A stretch of 63,212 bases of DNA, the filler included, from Asterionella formosa (lineage: Eukaryota): NCBI GenBank assembly GCA_002256025.1. It is 24 parts of 24 records of this genome, joined end to end, with 100 filler letters (N's around TTAATTAATTAA, not from the genome) between each part and the next. Parts side by side here need not be neighbours in the genome. Positions count along the whole stretch, not along the records: positions 1 to 18,133 come from NKIB01004162.1; 23 more parts are not named here. One strand, given 5' to 3'. How positions within the stretch are numbered: the first letter of the stretch is position 1; each line of letters opens with the position of its first letter. Shown in pieces: positions 1 through 11,500 of the stretch. Under the pieces are notes generated by a model that was not told the origin of the DNA, did no database searches, and was given only the letters and a program-made list of their open reading frames with translations. Position numbers and translations under genes: made by a program.

Positions 1-54
1 AAAATGCGTGTTGTGAATGTATTAGCCTCAAGAGCAGGATCTTAGTTGAACTTT

Positions 55-306
55 CAAATGAATTATTTGAAACATCAACTAATTCAGTCTCGCGTTCAAA
101 ATTCATTGTGAAAACTTCACATGAAACAGTTAAAACTTCACATGAAACCGTTAAAACTTCACATGAAACCGTTAAAAGTAACCTTTTTACGTGAAGAGTG
201 GCATTAATGCATGTGAAGTACATAATTAACACTTGTACGTAGACGAAATTTCGAAAAGTCAAATGAATTATTTGAAAAATCAACTAATTCAGTCTCGCGT
301 TCAAAA
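55..306 (-). repeat. Tandem ~190-205 bp unit with internal 21-bp subrepeats (subterminal part of the CATCTAAG-ended element)
   Basis: CAAATGAATTATTTGAAA..TCAACTAATTCAGTCTCGCGTTCAAAA occurs at 55 and 260. AAAACTTCACATGAAAC(A/C)GTT x3 at 111-173. Near-identical reverse complement at 62993-63212. Confidence 0.85.
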
Positions 307-825
307 AATAAGGAGCAGCAGCCATGACAATACCAAGGAAACCATTGGCACCACCACCACTGGTACAGTGGACAGAGCGAGCGTTGGCAAAGAGTTCCTT
401 GCTAAGGCGGGTTACAGTGAAGGCTGTAGGTTTGCCCTCGATCGGCGTCAAGAGCGGATGAGGGAATGGGAAAACAGCGGAAACGATTGGAGTCGTCATG
501 GTGGTAGAAGGCCTGAGAGACAGGGACAGCGAATGGGACAGCGAACGGGCAAGCGGTGCTGGACGGTTGATTGTTGAGACCAGTGCAGGTTTGCACTGTC
601 GACAAGAGCCGCAACGTCGCAGGTGCAGACAAGAGAGAAAGAACAGATATTGTAGTTCTGTTGAGGGGAACCTTGTCATGAATAAAGGTGAACTACAATA
701 TTATGACTATTCTATTGCTGTTCCAAGTACATCGTTGTTAGCACTCACGCATGTACCTAATCTGGTGGCTGCTCCGGTTTGGTTCGTACGGCGCATGTAT
801 GGAGCATCATATGCAGATATTAACA
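307..825 (-). mobile_element. 5' end of diatom CoDi-type Ty1/Copia element (5' LTR, leader, truncated gag)
   Basis: ATG at 499 gives MTTPIVSAVFPFPHPLLTPIEGKPT..KELFANARSVHCTSGGGANGFLG, a CoDi gag N-terminus. The LTR at 659-825 matches the LTR that follows a Copia RNase H at 23680-23846. Confidence 0.85.
659..825 (-). repeat. 167-bp 5' LTR (TGTTA...TCAACA)
   Basis: TGTT/AACA termini; reverse complement of 23680-23846 with only a few substitutions. Confidence 0.9.
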
Positions 826-869
826 ATAGTACCTGTAGCAATCATTTGGGGATGGCAAACCGGTCCTGT

Positions 870-1152
870 AAGAGGTACCAGGTGCTACTTACCGGTAGTA
901 GGAGTACCTGGTCCTGGTACCTAGCGGTAGTACCAGGTACCACACTAAGTATGATTCAACCGGGAGTAGACAATTACTGTATATTGTGTGGGTTTACTGT
1001 ACCTGGTACCTGGTACTCCATGTTTCAATAATATTATGTACTGGTACATATGTGTGTGCAACACTGCTGACTTTGAAGACATCAAAGCCCCATCATTACT
1101 ATGATGTCGTATTCGAGTGCTACCTGGAACCTGGTACCAGGGTACCTGGTAC
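870..1152. repeat. GGTACC / (CCAGGTA)n-(TACCTGG)n heptamer-rich tract
   Basis: For example ACCTGGTACCTGGTACT at 1001 and TACCTGGAACCTGGTACCAGGGTACCTGGTACT at 1121. Confidence 0.8.
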
Positions 1153-1304
1153 TAAGTCAACAAAAGCACTCTTCGATCGAACTCTATTTTGAGCAGTTCG
1201 ACCCTGGATGAGACGAGCACGAAGGGCACAACATACATGGTATGGGTAAATGTTTGATCATTATGGGATTTTTTTAAACGGAGCTCAGCTTTTGCCGGAC
1301 TAGT

Positions 1305-2320
1305 TCCAATTAAATCTGTAAGTGGTCCAAGAACATGAGATCGTCTAGGAAACATGTCTCGATAGTACATAATAGCACCAAGAAATGATCTGACTTGTTT
1401 AAGATTGGTAGGTGAAGACATATTAATCAATGCTCGGACCTTTTTAGACCAAGGTTTCAGTCCATTATTAGGAGTTAACCAATAGCCTAACCAATCTGTC
1501 TCTTGGACTGCCCATTCACACTTATATGGATTAATTGTAAAACCATTTGCCTGTAAACGATGTAAAATGGTGTCCAATAGATGAGGAATGTGATCCGAAA
1601 AATTCATTGAAACACAACCCACATCATCAATATAAATTTCCACATCATCTAAATCACTAAGAATCTGTTCCATAGTTTCTTGTGCAATATCAGATGATTT
1701 TTTCACCCCAATAGGGAGACGTAAATATTTATATAAACCAAATGGAGTGGAAATAACGCACAAATTTTGACTCTCCACATCTAATGCGAAAGTATAGTAT
1801 TGCATAGTAGAAACATCCAATTTGGTGAAAAATACATATCCAGCACGTTTAGTGAGAATAGTTTGTATTCGAGGCAAAGGAGATATCTTGCGATTGATGA
1901 CTTTATTGAGTTCACAAAAATCTGATACCCATCGGACACTTCCATCCTTTTTAGGAATAATAAAAGTGGGAGACGCCCATTTAGAAGCACCACATTTTTG
2001 TAGGACTCCAATATCACACAACCGTTGTAATTCGGTTTTGAAAACTTCTAAATGAATATGAACGATCGGATATGCTCGTTGATGACGAGGGATGGCATTT
2101 GATAATAATTCCAAATGAATATAAGCGATTGGATATGCTCGTTGATGACAAGGGATGGCATTTGATAATAATTCCAAATGTACCTGTTTATGAGGATAAA
2201 CTTTTAATATTCCATCAAATAATGTTTGATATTTAACCAATATAGTTCGCAAACATGAACGTTGCATTGTGTTAAATGCATCTGTTTATTCAGCACTGTA
2301 TCAATATTCACATAATTATA
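1305..2320 (-). pseudogene. Ty3/Gypsy reverse transcriptase fragment
   Basis: WASPTFIIPKKDGSVRWVSDF, FTKLDVS, TPFGLYKYLRLPIG, YIDD and KQVRSFLG motifs. Truncated at both ends; carries a 63-bp in-frame duplication (2068/2131). Confidence 0.92.
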
Positions 2321-2391
2321 TAGCACACTACCTTTCACTACGGACATAAAAGGTTGCACTGGGGGTTGAATTTTTTGCATGTACCACCCTG
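2321..2391 (-). repeat. Dispersed repeat, probable DNA-transposon terminus (CAGGGTGGTACATG, hAT-like)
   Basis: ~70 bp shared with 56514-56585; both end at CACCCTG followed by GTAG. Confidence 0.55.
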
Positions 2392-2408
2392 GTAGTACCT
2401 GGACCAGG

Positions 2409-2588
2409 TGAAGTATCTAACTAGAAGTAGTAGTATTTGTTGAATATATGAGCTAATTAATCTTATGTACAACTTGTTTCCCAAGTTGACATCAAAGTAT
2501 ACAATAAACATAGGTGTTAGTCGAGTTCTGATATATTTGATATAACCCTTTCCCTATATACATCTGTATCGATGTGCAGGATCGCTCA
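2409..2588 (-). repeat. Gypsy 3' LTR
   Basis: Direct repeat of 5066-5245, preceded by a PPT at 2589-2600. Confidence 0.92.
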
Positions 2589-2614
2589 CTCTCCCACACT
2601 TAAGGGAAAACCTT

Positions 2615-4308
2615 TTACCTATGAAAAGGTTTGATACGACGAATATTAATTCGTTCTGTAATATGCATAGTGCGTTGAAAAGTAACTGTACCATTGGCAT
2701 GTACTTGAATAATAGAATAAGGACCTTGTCCACGATCATCCAAAGTACTATGAGCATTATCCAATAGTATTAAAATCTCATCACCCACTTTGTAATCATA
2801 AGATCGACAACGGAAATTAACACGACGTAAATGTTTGTCGATTATCACTTGTCGACATTGATGTATCAATTGTAAATCTGTGATCAAAGAAATATTTAAA
2901 ATCATATCACGTTGAAAAACCCATGCACCTGGTGAAATACGTAATGTACTATGAATAGTACTTCGAGCTGCATATGATGCAGCTGCACAACATGTATCCA
3001 CAATATTTTGGGCTTGAAATTCATTCATTGGAAGATGAGCCTTTAACATAACTCGTAGACTATTACTGATAGATTGATTTAAACGTTCACAGATAGCATT
3101 TGTTTGTGGATTCTTGACTGTAGTAGTCACATCTTTAATTCCATTCAACACTAATATGTGTATGAAAGGAATACCAGTAAATTCACCTCCATGGTCATGT
3201 ACTATACAATGTTCTGGACTGGGATATCTGGCTAACCAATCATCTTTAAATTTCATTGCAATATATTCTGATGGTTTTTATTGATATGTGACATTTCTGC
3301 CAAATTGGTGACCGTATCAATGCAAGTTAGAGCGCGAAATTCAATCGCTTCAGTAGCCACTGCTATCTTCCATGGACCAATTAAGTCTACTGCGACTTCT
3401 GACCATGGTAATAACAATGCATTCCTTGGTGGAAGTTCACCAAAACCAGTACCAGGTAATTTTGTACGTTGACATGCTTCACATATGCTTACAATATGTT
3501 CCACTCTTGCTTTTAATGTATGGTGATCAAAATGTGTAGCAATTGTAGCATTTAATCTTGTCATACCCACATGAGATAACATCTGATGATACCAATTGAT
3601 AACAGGCTCCAATAGTGATGTAGGAATAGCAATACGCCAAGTATCTCCTGGATTCTTCACAAAACATATTAAAAATATATCATGAAAATTGATAGAAGGA
3701 AATTTTAATGGATGTGTTTGTTGATTGAGAATGAGATGTGTTGTTTGATTGAGAATCAATTGTTTACCCAGAAATTTTCTATCATGTCTTGAATTATAAT
3801 CCAGAGGAAATTGAATATTGTCTGCCAAGATTGGATGATTGAGGAAACAGGTAAACAGAGGTTTATCATTCCTTGGTGGAAGTTCACCAAAACCAGTACC
3901 AGGTAATTTTGTACGTTGACATGCTTCACATATGCTTACAATATGTTCCACTCTTGCTTTTAATGTAGGGTGATAAAAATGTGTAGCAATTGTAGCATTT
4001 AATCTTGTCATACCCACATGAGATAACATCTGATGATACCAATTAGTAATAGGATCCAATAATGATGTAGGAATAGCACTGCACCAAGTATCTTCTGGAT
4101 TCTTCACAAAACATTTTAAAAATATATCTTGAAAATTGATAGAGGGAAATTTTAACGGATGTGTTTGTTGATTGAGAATCAATTGTATATCCAGCAATTG
4201 TCTATCATGTATTAAATTATAATCCAGAGGATATTGAAAATTGTCTGTCAAGATTGGATGAGTATTGTGAACCCATGTATTTAACATACGAGCATGTGGA
4301 GCAGACAC
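2615..4308 (-). pseudogene. Gypsy integrase with duplicated H2C2 zinc-binding domain and one frameshift near 3255
   Basis: WYHQMLSHVG..CEACQ occurs twice. D-D-E core in VAVDLIG / HDHGGEF / NAICER; GPY-containing C-terminus; no chromodomain seen. Confidence 0.92.
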
Positions 4309-4379
4309 AGGGTTAGCAGTGTCAGTATGGTTTCTTTACGTAGGATTACTCTGTGAACCGCCTCCATGACCACCAAAAT

Positions 4380-5027
4380 GTCCTCGTCTAACGAAGCTGG
4401 AATGCCCACGTCCATTATGACGACCAGTCATGCGACCTGCTCGACCACCTTGAGTACAAGGATTCTGAAAACAATTGCCCCAAGTATGTGTACCTTCAGG
4501 ATGTACCGGGGGCAAGGGCCACGATGATCATGGTACGTACGACTGGCTTGTAGAGCTTGATGACAAACAGTCGCCTGACGATCCCATGTGCGACCGGCTG
4601 CATCATCAATAGCATGCGCTCTTCCACGACCACTTGGAGTAAAATCATTGTTGTAGAATTGACGACTGACACGCTCGTTTTCTTGAAACATCACACGATT
4701 GCCTTCAGCAATACAAAAACGATTTTGTGTGATTGTTTGAAAACTGTTCTTGGGAAGGTGCTTGTTTCGATCCTTAAACGATTGTTGACCATCGAAGTAA
4801 GCGAGAACCGAACGAATCGATTGGTCTGAAGTTTTAAAAAGCATGATTCAATTCAAACTCTTATTGCCATTCATCGGGCATAGAACGGATAATGATAATC
4901 CGCATATCTTCTTTTGACAATCCAACTTGATCTTCTGGATGAGGCATTAGTTGAAGTAGCCTGTTTAAAGTTTTAATACGAGCTCCGAAATCCATTACCA
5001 GCAGGAACCCTTGAATACATTGCCATG
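4380..5027 (-). pseudogene. Degenerate Gypsy gag
   Basis: Lies downstream of the 5' LTR. Frameshifted CP-VHPEGTHTWGNCFQNP Cys/His knuckle at ~4460-4516; multiple stops. Confidence 0.65.
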
Positions 5028-5065
5028 TTCGTTTTCTTCTAATTGGACTCTTTTTGAATTCAAAG

Positions 5066-5245
5066 TGAAGTATCTAACTAGAAGAAGTAGTATTTGTTGA
5101 ATATATGGGCTAATTAATCTTATGTACAACTTGTTTCCCAAGTGGACATCAAAGTATACAATAGGTGTTACTGGTAGTCGAGTTTTGATATATTTGATTT
5201 AACCCTAACCCTGTTTACATCTGTATCGATGTGCAGGATCGCTCA
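5066..5245 (-). repeat. Gypsy 5' LTR
   Basis: Direct repeat of 2409-2588 with several substitutions and small indels. Confidence 0.92.
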
Positions 5246-5473
5246 CCAGGTACCAGGTACCTGGTACCATATTCTTGACACTGCTATGAACCCATGCCAT
5301 ACGCAAAAAGAAGCATCAATAATAAAATATTTGAAATGGGACAATTCATCATGGGCACTATTGCTCTTCAATCCTGCTCGCATATGTATATATTATATAG
5401 ATAATAAGCACATGGATCGACACATGTGACACCGTCCCGTAGAAGCAAAGAGTAGAACCACAATCTCAAGAAA

Positions 5474-7279
5474 ATGGCTCGATCAAGTAAAGATGCCGTC
5501 GTCTTCCTCGTTGATTCCTCGCCTTCCATGAACGTCCAGTATCCAAGCAATTCGACGACCAGTACTCGGCTCTCTGCGGCCAAGACTGCTCTGGAGGGTA
5601 TGCTGAGCAATTTAATGATTCAAAGTAGCGCTCATGAAGTAGCCGTGATTGTCCTCAAAACGAAAGCAACTGCACATCACCTTGACAACGAAGACTTTCC
5701 GAACCTTTCTGTGCTTGGAAGCAGAACCGTCACGAGACCGACTGTCGAGCTCCTGAGAGAAGTCAGCAAAATTGAATCAACTTTGAAGAAGGAAGATATG
5801 AGAGAAACCCGGGGCGATGTATGCGATGGCATTATTGTGGCAGCCGATGTGTTGCGGAAACGAACGATCGGGAGGAAGTACAACAGGAGGATTGTCATTT
5901 TTACTGACGCAGCCCATGCGCTGGTGATTGATCAAGAACAAATATTACTTGTAATTGACTCTCTAAGGGAAATGGAATGTCAGCTTACAGTCATTGGTCT
6001 CGATTTTACCGAGTCTGCTGAGTTTGAGAGTCCCCTCCCAGTCAAGGAGGAATGCTTCGATGGGGTAGAAACTATGGAAGAAGCCGGAAGCGAAAATGAT
6101 AACGACAACGAGGCCGGAAGCGACATCGAGGATAACGACGACAATGACAATGATCCCTCACCAGAAAAAATTAAGCGTGAGACGGAAAGGTTTCTAGTTG
6201 GGGTGGCTCGACTGACCGGCGGGTCTGTGCAAGCAGCCACAACAATGCAATCGCTCTTGGACTCAACACTTGGAAAGAGGATACCAAAATCGACGCGACG
6301 CAAGTTTGAATTTCACATTGCGCCCGACATCGTTTTGGAGTGTCGATTCTCTTTACTCTTGTCTCGGGCTAATCTTCCATCTCTCAAAAAAGAGGTTATA
6401 TTATTTGACGAAAGCAAGAAGCCAATGAAAAACGGTATAGGCGAACTGATGACAAGTGAAATCAAGATTTCAACCGAGCATTTCGATCCAGACAATCTAG
6501 ATATAGGCCTACCTGAAACATATCGAACAAAAGCCTTCAAGTTTGGGGACGACTTGGTACCGATTGGGACATTTGACTTGGACGCGCTAATGCATCGATC
6601 ACGAGTTTGTATCAAGGTTCTTGGATACGCAGAGCAAGGTGCGATTCCCCTTTCATTGATGATTGGACCACCCTATGGCATATCGGGAGCCACGTCGCAA
6701 CGATCTTGTACAGGAATTTCTGCATTATCTCACGCTATGCACGAGCTGAAGCTAGCTGCAATTTGTACATTTGTCAAGACGAAGGATTCTGATCCGCTTC
6801 TTGGAGTCCTCTTTCCTTGGATTGAAGTTGGAACCAACTACCCCTCTCGTTTAGTCTTCATCCAACTCCCTTTTGCTGGGGATGTACAACGAATTACTAC
6901 AGCTCCACTTGATGAATTTTGTGACGAAGACAAGTTGAAGCTATGTGACGACTTGATTGACGCCATGATGCTTCCTAGTGGAATCCTCGAAAGTACGATG
7001 ATTGCGAATCCATCACTGCGGTCGTTTCGTCGTACTGTAGTGAGAAAAGCCATTGTCCCAGATGCATCAGTTGTGACGGCGCGTCTCGCGCCAATGGAAG
7101 ATCCCATGACTACACCAGCCGACATTCTTGAGCGCGCCAAGCCACTGTTGAGCTCATTTACAAAGATGTTTTCGCTGGAAAGGATAAGTGTTGCTGAAGG
7201 GCGAGGTGAAAACAAAAGAAAGGGCAAGTATTGGGACAACTTCGAAGGCAATGTTTTGGGTCAAGACGAAATCACTTAG
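5474..7279 (+). CDS. KU80: Ku80 (XRCC5), NHEJ DNA end-binding subunit, 601 aa, intronless
   Basis: vWA N-terminus (AVVFLVDSSPSM, GDVCDGIIVAAD, RIVIFTDA); beta-barrel core (KAFKFGDDLVP, LVFIQLPFAGDV); C-terminal arm (IANPSLRSF). Confidence 0.9.
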   Translation: MARSSKDAVVFLVDSSPSMNVQYPSNSTTSTRLSAAKTALEGMLSNLMIQSSAHEVAVIVLKTKATAHHLDNEDFPNLSVLGSRTVTRPTVELLREVSKIESTLKKEDMRETRGDVCDGIIVAADVLRKRTIGRKYNRRIVIFTDAAHALVIDQEQILLVIDSLREMECQLTVIGLDFTESAEFESPLPVKEECFDGVETMEEAGSENDNDNEAGSDIEDNDDNDNDPSPEKIKRETERFLVGVARLTGGSVQAATTMQSLLDSTLGKRIPKSTRRKFEFHIAPDIVLECRFSLLLSRANLPSLKKEVILFDESKKPMKNGIGELMTSEIKISTEHFDPDNLDIGLPETYRTKAFKFGDDLVPIGTFDLDALMHRSRVCIKVLGYAEQGAIPLSLMIGPPYGISGATSQRSCTGISALSHAMHELKLAAICTFVKTKDSDPLLGVLFPWIEVGTNYPSRLVFIQLPFAGDVQRITTAPLDEFCDEDKLKLCDDLIDAMMLPSGILESTMIANPSLRSFRRTVVRKAIVPDASVVTARLAPMEDPMTTPADILERAKPLLSSFTKMFSLERISVAEGRGENKRKGKYWDNFEGNVLGQDEIT

Positions 7280-7380
7280 AGAAGTGGCACTGCGTCATTA
7301 ATGTAACCCATCTGGTAAAACTTAGAGAATTTAATTTATTTCAATGCAACAATAAATTCATCGGCGAAGTATCAAGTTGG

Positions 7381-7874
7381 TTACTTGAATTCACAATAAA
7401 ACTTCGGTGTTCGTCGTTCTTTTTTTACAGGAGTTGCCCCTTCTTTTTTGGGCTTGGATTTTAGCTTTCGTTTGGAGCCATATCGCATGCCGGTCTTCTT
7501 CGGAAGAACTTTATTTTCTCCCTTATTCCACAAGGCATCAGCAAGAGGGAGTTGTGATATGGAGTCATCTACCATATCTTCTCTTTCGTCGTCCTTTTGT
7601 GTGTCTAACAATGAAGAGAGGCGAGCGAAGGAATCCATGGATCCCTTGTCCTGGGCCTCCTTCAATTTAGACTGTACCACCTGCATACTCTTTTGAGCAG
7701 CTGCCTGTAGAAGAATTGGATCATGGTTGCATTAGTTTCAAAGCACAAGTTGATAGCAAAAACCCATTCATGAGGCATTTTTAACAAACATTCACGATAA
7801 CGCACTTCTCCTACAGTTCGCCGAAACTCGGAGCGATGCTGTCTCTTGATTTTGCTTCTGATTGACTTGGCCAT
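7381..7874 (-). CDS. LLPH: LLP homolog / LAP18 family protein; exons 7874-7806 and 7704-7381, 130 aa
   Basis: Characteristic MAKSIRSKIKR N-terminus. A 101-bp GTGCG...CTACAG intron joins in frame to a Lys-rich exon 2. Confidence 0.8.
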
Positions 7875-8500
7875 TATTTCAGTTCTAAGTTGGAGAATGT
7901 AATTTGTGATGGGAATGCTCAAGCGTATTATTTTATGAAAATGTTTGGTAACGAGCATAATGCTGGATTTGTATAATGCTCTTTCCCTGAGCCGTAAAAA
8001 AATTAATTTACCTGTATACTATATCATAGAAAAACTCTATGTATGATATGTACTAGTATTCCACTTCACATGTTCGTACATTATACCATCTCCTGCTGTC
8101 AGAAAACATTTTCTTTGCCTTTCCCGACGATGGGTGTTTCTCGAGTACGTTACCAGGGTACGATAGTATAGTATAAATGATGGCAGAAATTACGACTCAT
8201 GTCCCAACATAGGTGGCCCAGGTACTACAACATAAGAGTAAAACCGGGAGATAGTTTTTACGGGATACTACATACCGGTATATGTTTTACCTGGTACCAA
8301 ATGCTACCAGGTACCGATATTCTATTCACTCTGTACATAGAATGGTGTAGCCGTATTAAAAGCACGTTTGCTGTGATGAATGTTTCACATTCCTTTATTT
8401 CCACCGGCCGGTAAACCTGTAAAAAATTGGTTGGTTTTGATCAATACGCTCATATTCCAAGTCCGTCCCTGTGTTCCCCCACCATGCTGTCGCTGATCAG

Positions 8501-8574
8501 CAAGTTGCAGCCATTTTGCTTCAATAAAAAATCTAATCTGGGATAAAGAAAGCTAAATCTTTAGCCGCAACTTG
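8501..8574. mobile_element. Copy of ~88-bp palindromic mini-MITE (internally shortened)
   Basis: CAAGTTGC...GCAACTTG ends and a TAATCTGGGATAAAGA.AGCTAAAT core shared with 36369-36456. Confidence 0.65.
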
Positions 8575-11500
8575 CAGGTCATAGGTAGTGATGGTACCAA
8601 AGAAGGTCCCAAGGTTAAATAATTAGCTTAGTGTTGTCAGGAATACTTCAATACATGGAGCAGTCCTCGTCGTGGAGCAATGGAAATTTTGCACCGTTAT
8701 GTTGTCTATCGGAACATCATAGAGGTCAATCAATGGCTATTTGAGGAATTTTTTATTTTCATTTCTTCACTTTCTTCTATAGTCGAATAATTTAACTTTC
8801 ATGATCTCCTTTCAATGGCGGAACCTCCCAAGTTGGTGGTTCAGGTATGACCTGCATGCCATCATGGTGACTTGCAAGCCAGTTTGTTGCAACAAATTGA
8901 TAGGTCTGTCCCATCATGGTTGTTCTTGCTGATGATAATAATACAACTATTGTTGTGAATCGAGGTGAAGCAGATGCATTGATTAGCACCATAAAGTCTA
9001 TATTTGTTAATTCCATTTCTATGGACATAAAGAATGCATAGCTTGTCATCCTAATACTGAATGGTGACGTCAGAAGATTGTTGGATATGGCTAGACACCT
9101 CATGGGACTGCGGGCGCATTCTCTTCCAAGTGTATCCACCTGCACCTAGCAACCTCCTTTTCTTATAGCAAACCCAAATTGCTCCAGTCAGTGAACATGA
9201 TGATGGATCAAAAATCATCTCAATACCCAAGACTCGCTCCATTGCTGATATATTTCCTCATCATGCCTACTACTGTATGTCTTCATGATACACTTGTTCT
9301 CTATTTAGAATCGCAAACTATGCCTACTTCAGGAAGTTTTGTGAAAGAAGACGGATCATTAGAGGACATTCCAGCAATGATATTTGACAATCAACCATGA
9401 TGGCACCAAGGATCATGACAACTTTGACACCAGCCGCAATGGTGGGCCTTCTCCTCCATCAGCCATCGTTGCCTCTCTGACAAACAGATTATTAGCTATC
9501 TATTCAGACTCTACCATAGTAAGAATAGATGGAGTGGGTAAGGCGTGTTGGGATAACAAGCTGCGACGATTTTTGTTTTTGTTGCTTGATGATGATGTAG
9601 CAGAAATGAATTTGCGCTGGGTGTCTCTCACGCATACATGGAGGTGATCAGGCAAGAGTATGATTGATGCCAATGATTTTGAGTATGATGGTGGTTTGCA
9701 TATGATAGGCTAGTAAAAAGTTAAAAAGAAATTACTTTAGGCAAAGAATTGCCCATATGTGATGATGACATTTTCGAAACGTTGCACCGACCAGCCATAT
9801 GTTCTAACTTTTGTAATAGTTACGATAACTGCTAACCACTTCTTGCAATATGAGGTCTGACTCGCAAAAAACACAACCTCTTGGAATGGATACCAATCAA
9901 TGTCATTTTCCAGAAGTGAAAATTGTGCAGTTGGTAACTGAGAGGTGATTTTCCCTTTGCATGATGGAGTAGGAAAGAAACTATTTATTTAGCCGTATTT
10001 AGTTATGTATTGCAGCATTTACAATGCTATTGCCCTGGAATTCGAAGGTCCATTTCCTTCGTTGCACAAAAGTGTCCGAAAATGCCAATGATTTAGTTAG
10101 TCAAGGGAGCACCTCTTTTGACAAAATGTCTAGCAAATAATAATTATTTCTATCAATGACAATAAATTTTCTTAACATAACTGATCGCTTTTTGTAAAAA
10201 AAAAGTATAAAAATACAAAAAAAAATTGTATTATCATTGAAGTCGTCTAAATCTGGGTTGGTTTCATGACATACTGGTCCTCCCTGCATTATGATGTCAT
10301 ACCTAAGTGCTGTTACTGTGCTTAGTCAATGCTGAATGCATGCATGTTGTACTTAGATACTATCGGATGATGGGTGGCACAGCACTAGTAGGTACCGGTA
10401 TGTAGTGCATCTCAACCCTTGCATGGTAGCTCAGATACTGGTTTCATATCCATATGTAGGACTAACTTTTGATTATATGAGTATATATTTACCAAAATAT
10501 TATATATATGTTGCATAGTACATAAGTGAATTTGATTTTGTACAGTTTTTTCATGTAGGTTGATGATTAACCATCTCTGTGTTAACCATGACAAACTTAT
10601 TGGAACGAATATCTCAACAAAATTGACAATGAACTAGTATTGCTATTTCGTACATATAACTAGCCTAACATAGATGAAATTATCTTTCAATAATGATAAA
10701 ATTTGCATAAGCTAGAATGGATTTTGGTTGTCGCTTGCTTAGTTTTAAAATATGACCAAAGCAGAGACTTAACTGATTCCACAGTGACCCATTTGATAGC
10801 TTATGTTCTTAGATAATTATTTCTATCTATTGTACAAATAGATGAGACAACTTGAAGCAACAAAATCTCGTAAATGGTGCAACAGCTCAAGATGCTAGGA
10901 AATACCTCAACCTATTTTTTGTACTGATTATCCATGAATGTACTAATGTTATTTTGAAGGAGGTAAATGCAGACATACTTGTAGACATTAAAAACGCGAC
11001 TAGAAAATTCGTATCGCGTGAATAGCCATGAATTCCCCTGACTAACTCATTGTGCATTTTTGGAAACTTTTGTGAAACAAAGGTACTCAGCATCCTATCC
11101 ATAACGAAAGTTGTTCCAATACCCTTCTCTTCCTTGGTGTTCCTCGCCCTGCGTTTGAACTTGAACATGCATTGTTTGATATGGAATGTATTACATTGTT
11201 GTTGTTCTTTTTGTTGTTGCTCTGCATCGTCGTTTTCTTCGTCTTGTGTTTGTAACTTTGTTTGATTGTAGCGCAGTTCCTTTACCTCCATTTCGTTCTT
11301 CCTCTTGCTTGTGCCGTTTGGAATTGGAACAGTAGTCAGTCATGAACTTACTCTGCAAACCTTGTTCTTTTCCTACAGACAATCAATCAGTTTTTGGCAG
11401 GACAGGGTTGAACCTTGGGAATAATGAAATGCGTGGTTCTCTATGTAAGGAAGGCTATCCTGTGTCAGGCAAGCCGTCAATCATTTGTTATTCGCATTGT

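Larger units (their letters stand above)
2409..5245 (-). mobile_element. Internally deleted Ty3/Gypsy LTR retrotransposon (LTR-gag-integrase-PPT-LTR) with CCAGG target-site duplication
   Basis: Two 180-bp LTRs (TGA...TCA). CCAGG at both 2404-2408 and 5246-5250. Purine tract AGTGTGGGAGAG directly before the 3' LTR. gag and integrase remnants present; no protease, RT or RNase H inside. Confidence 0.92.

Noticed and set aside
5200..5212. Telomere-like TAACCCTAACCCT
   Set aside because: Only two units, inside one LTR copy and absent from the other.
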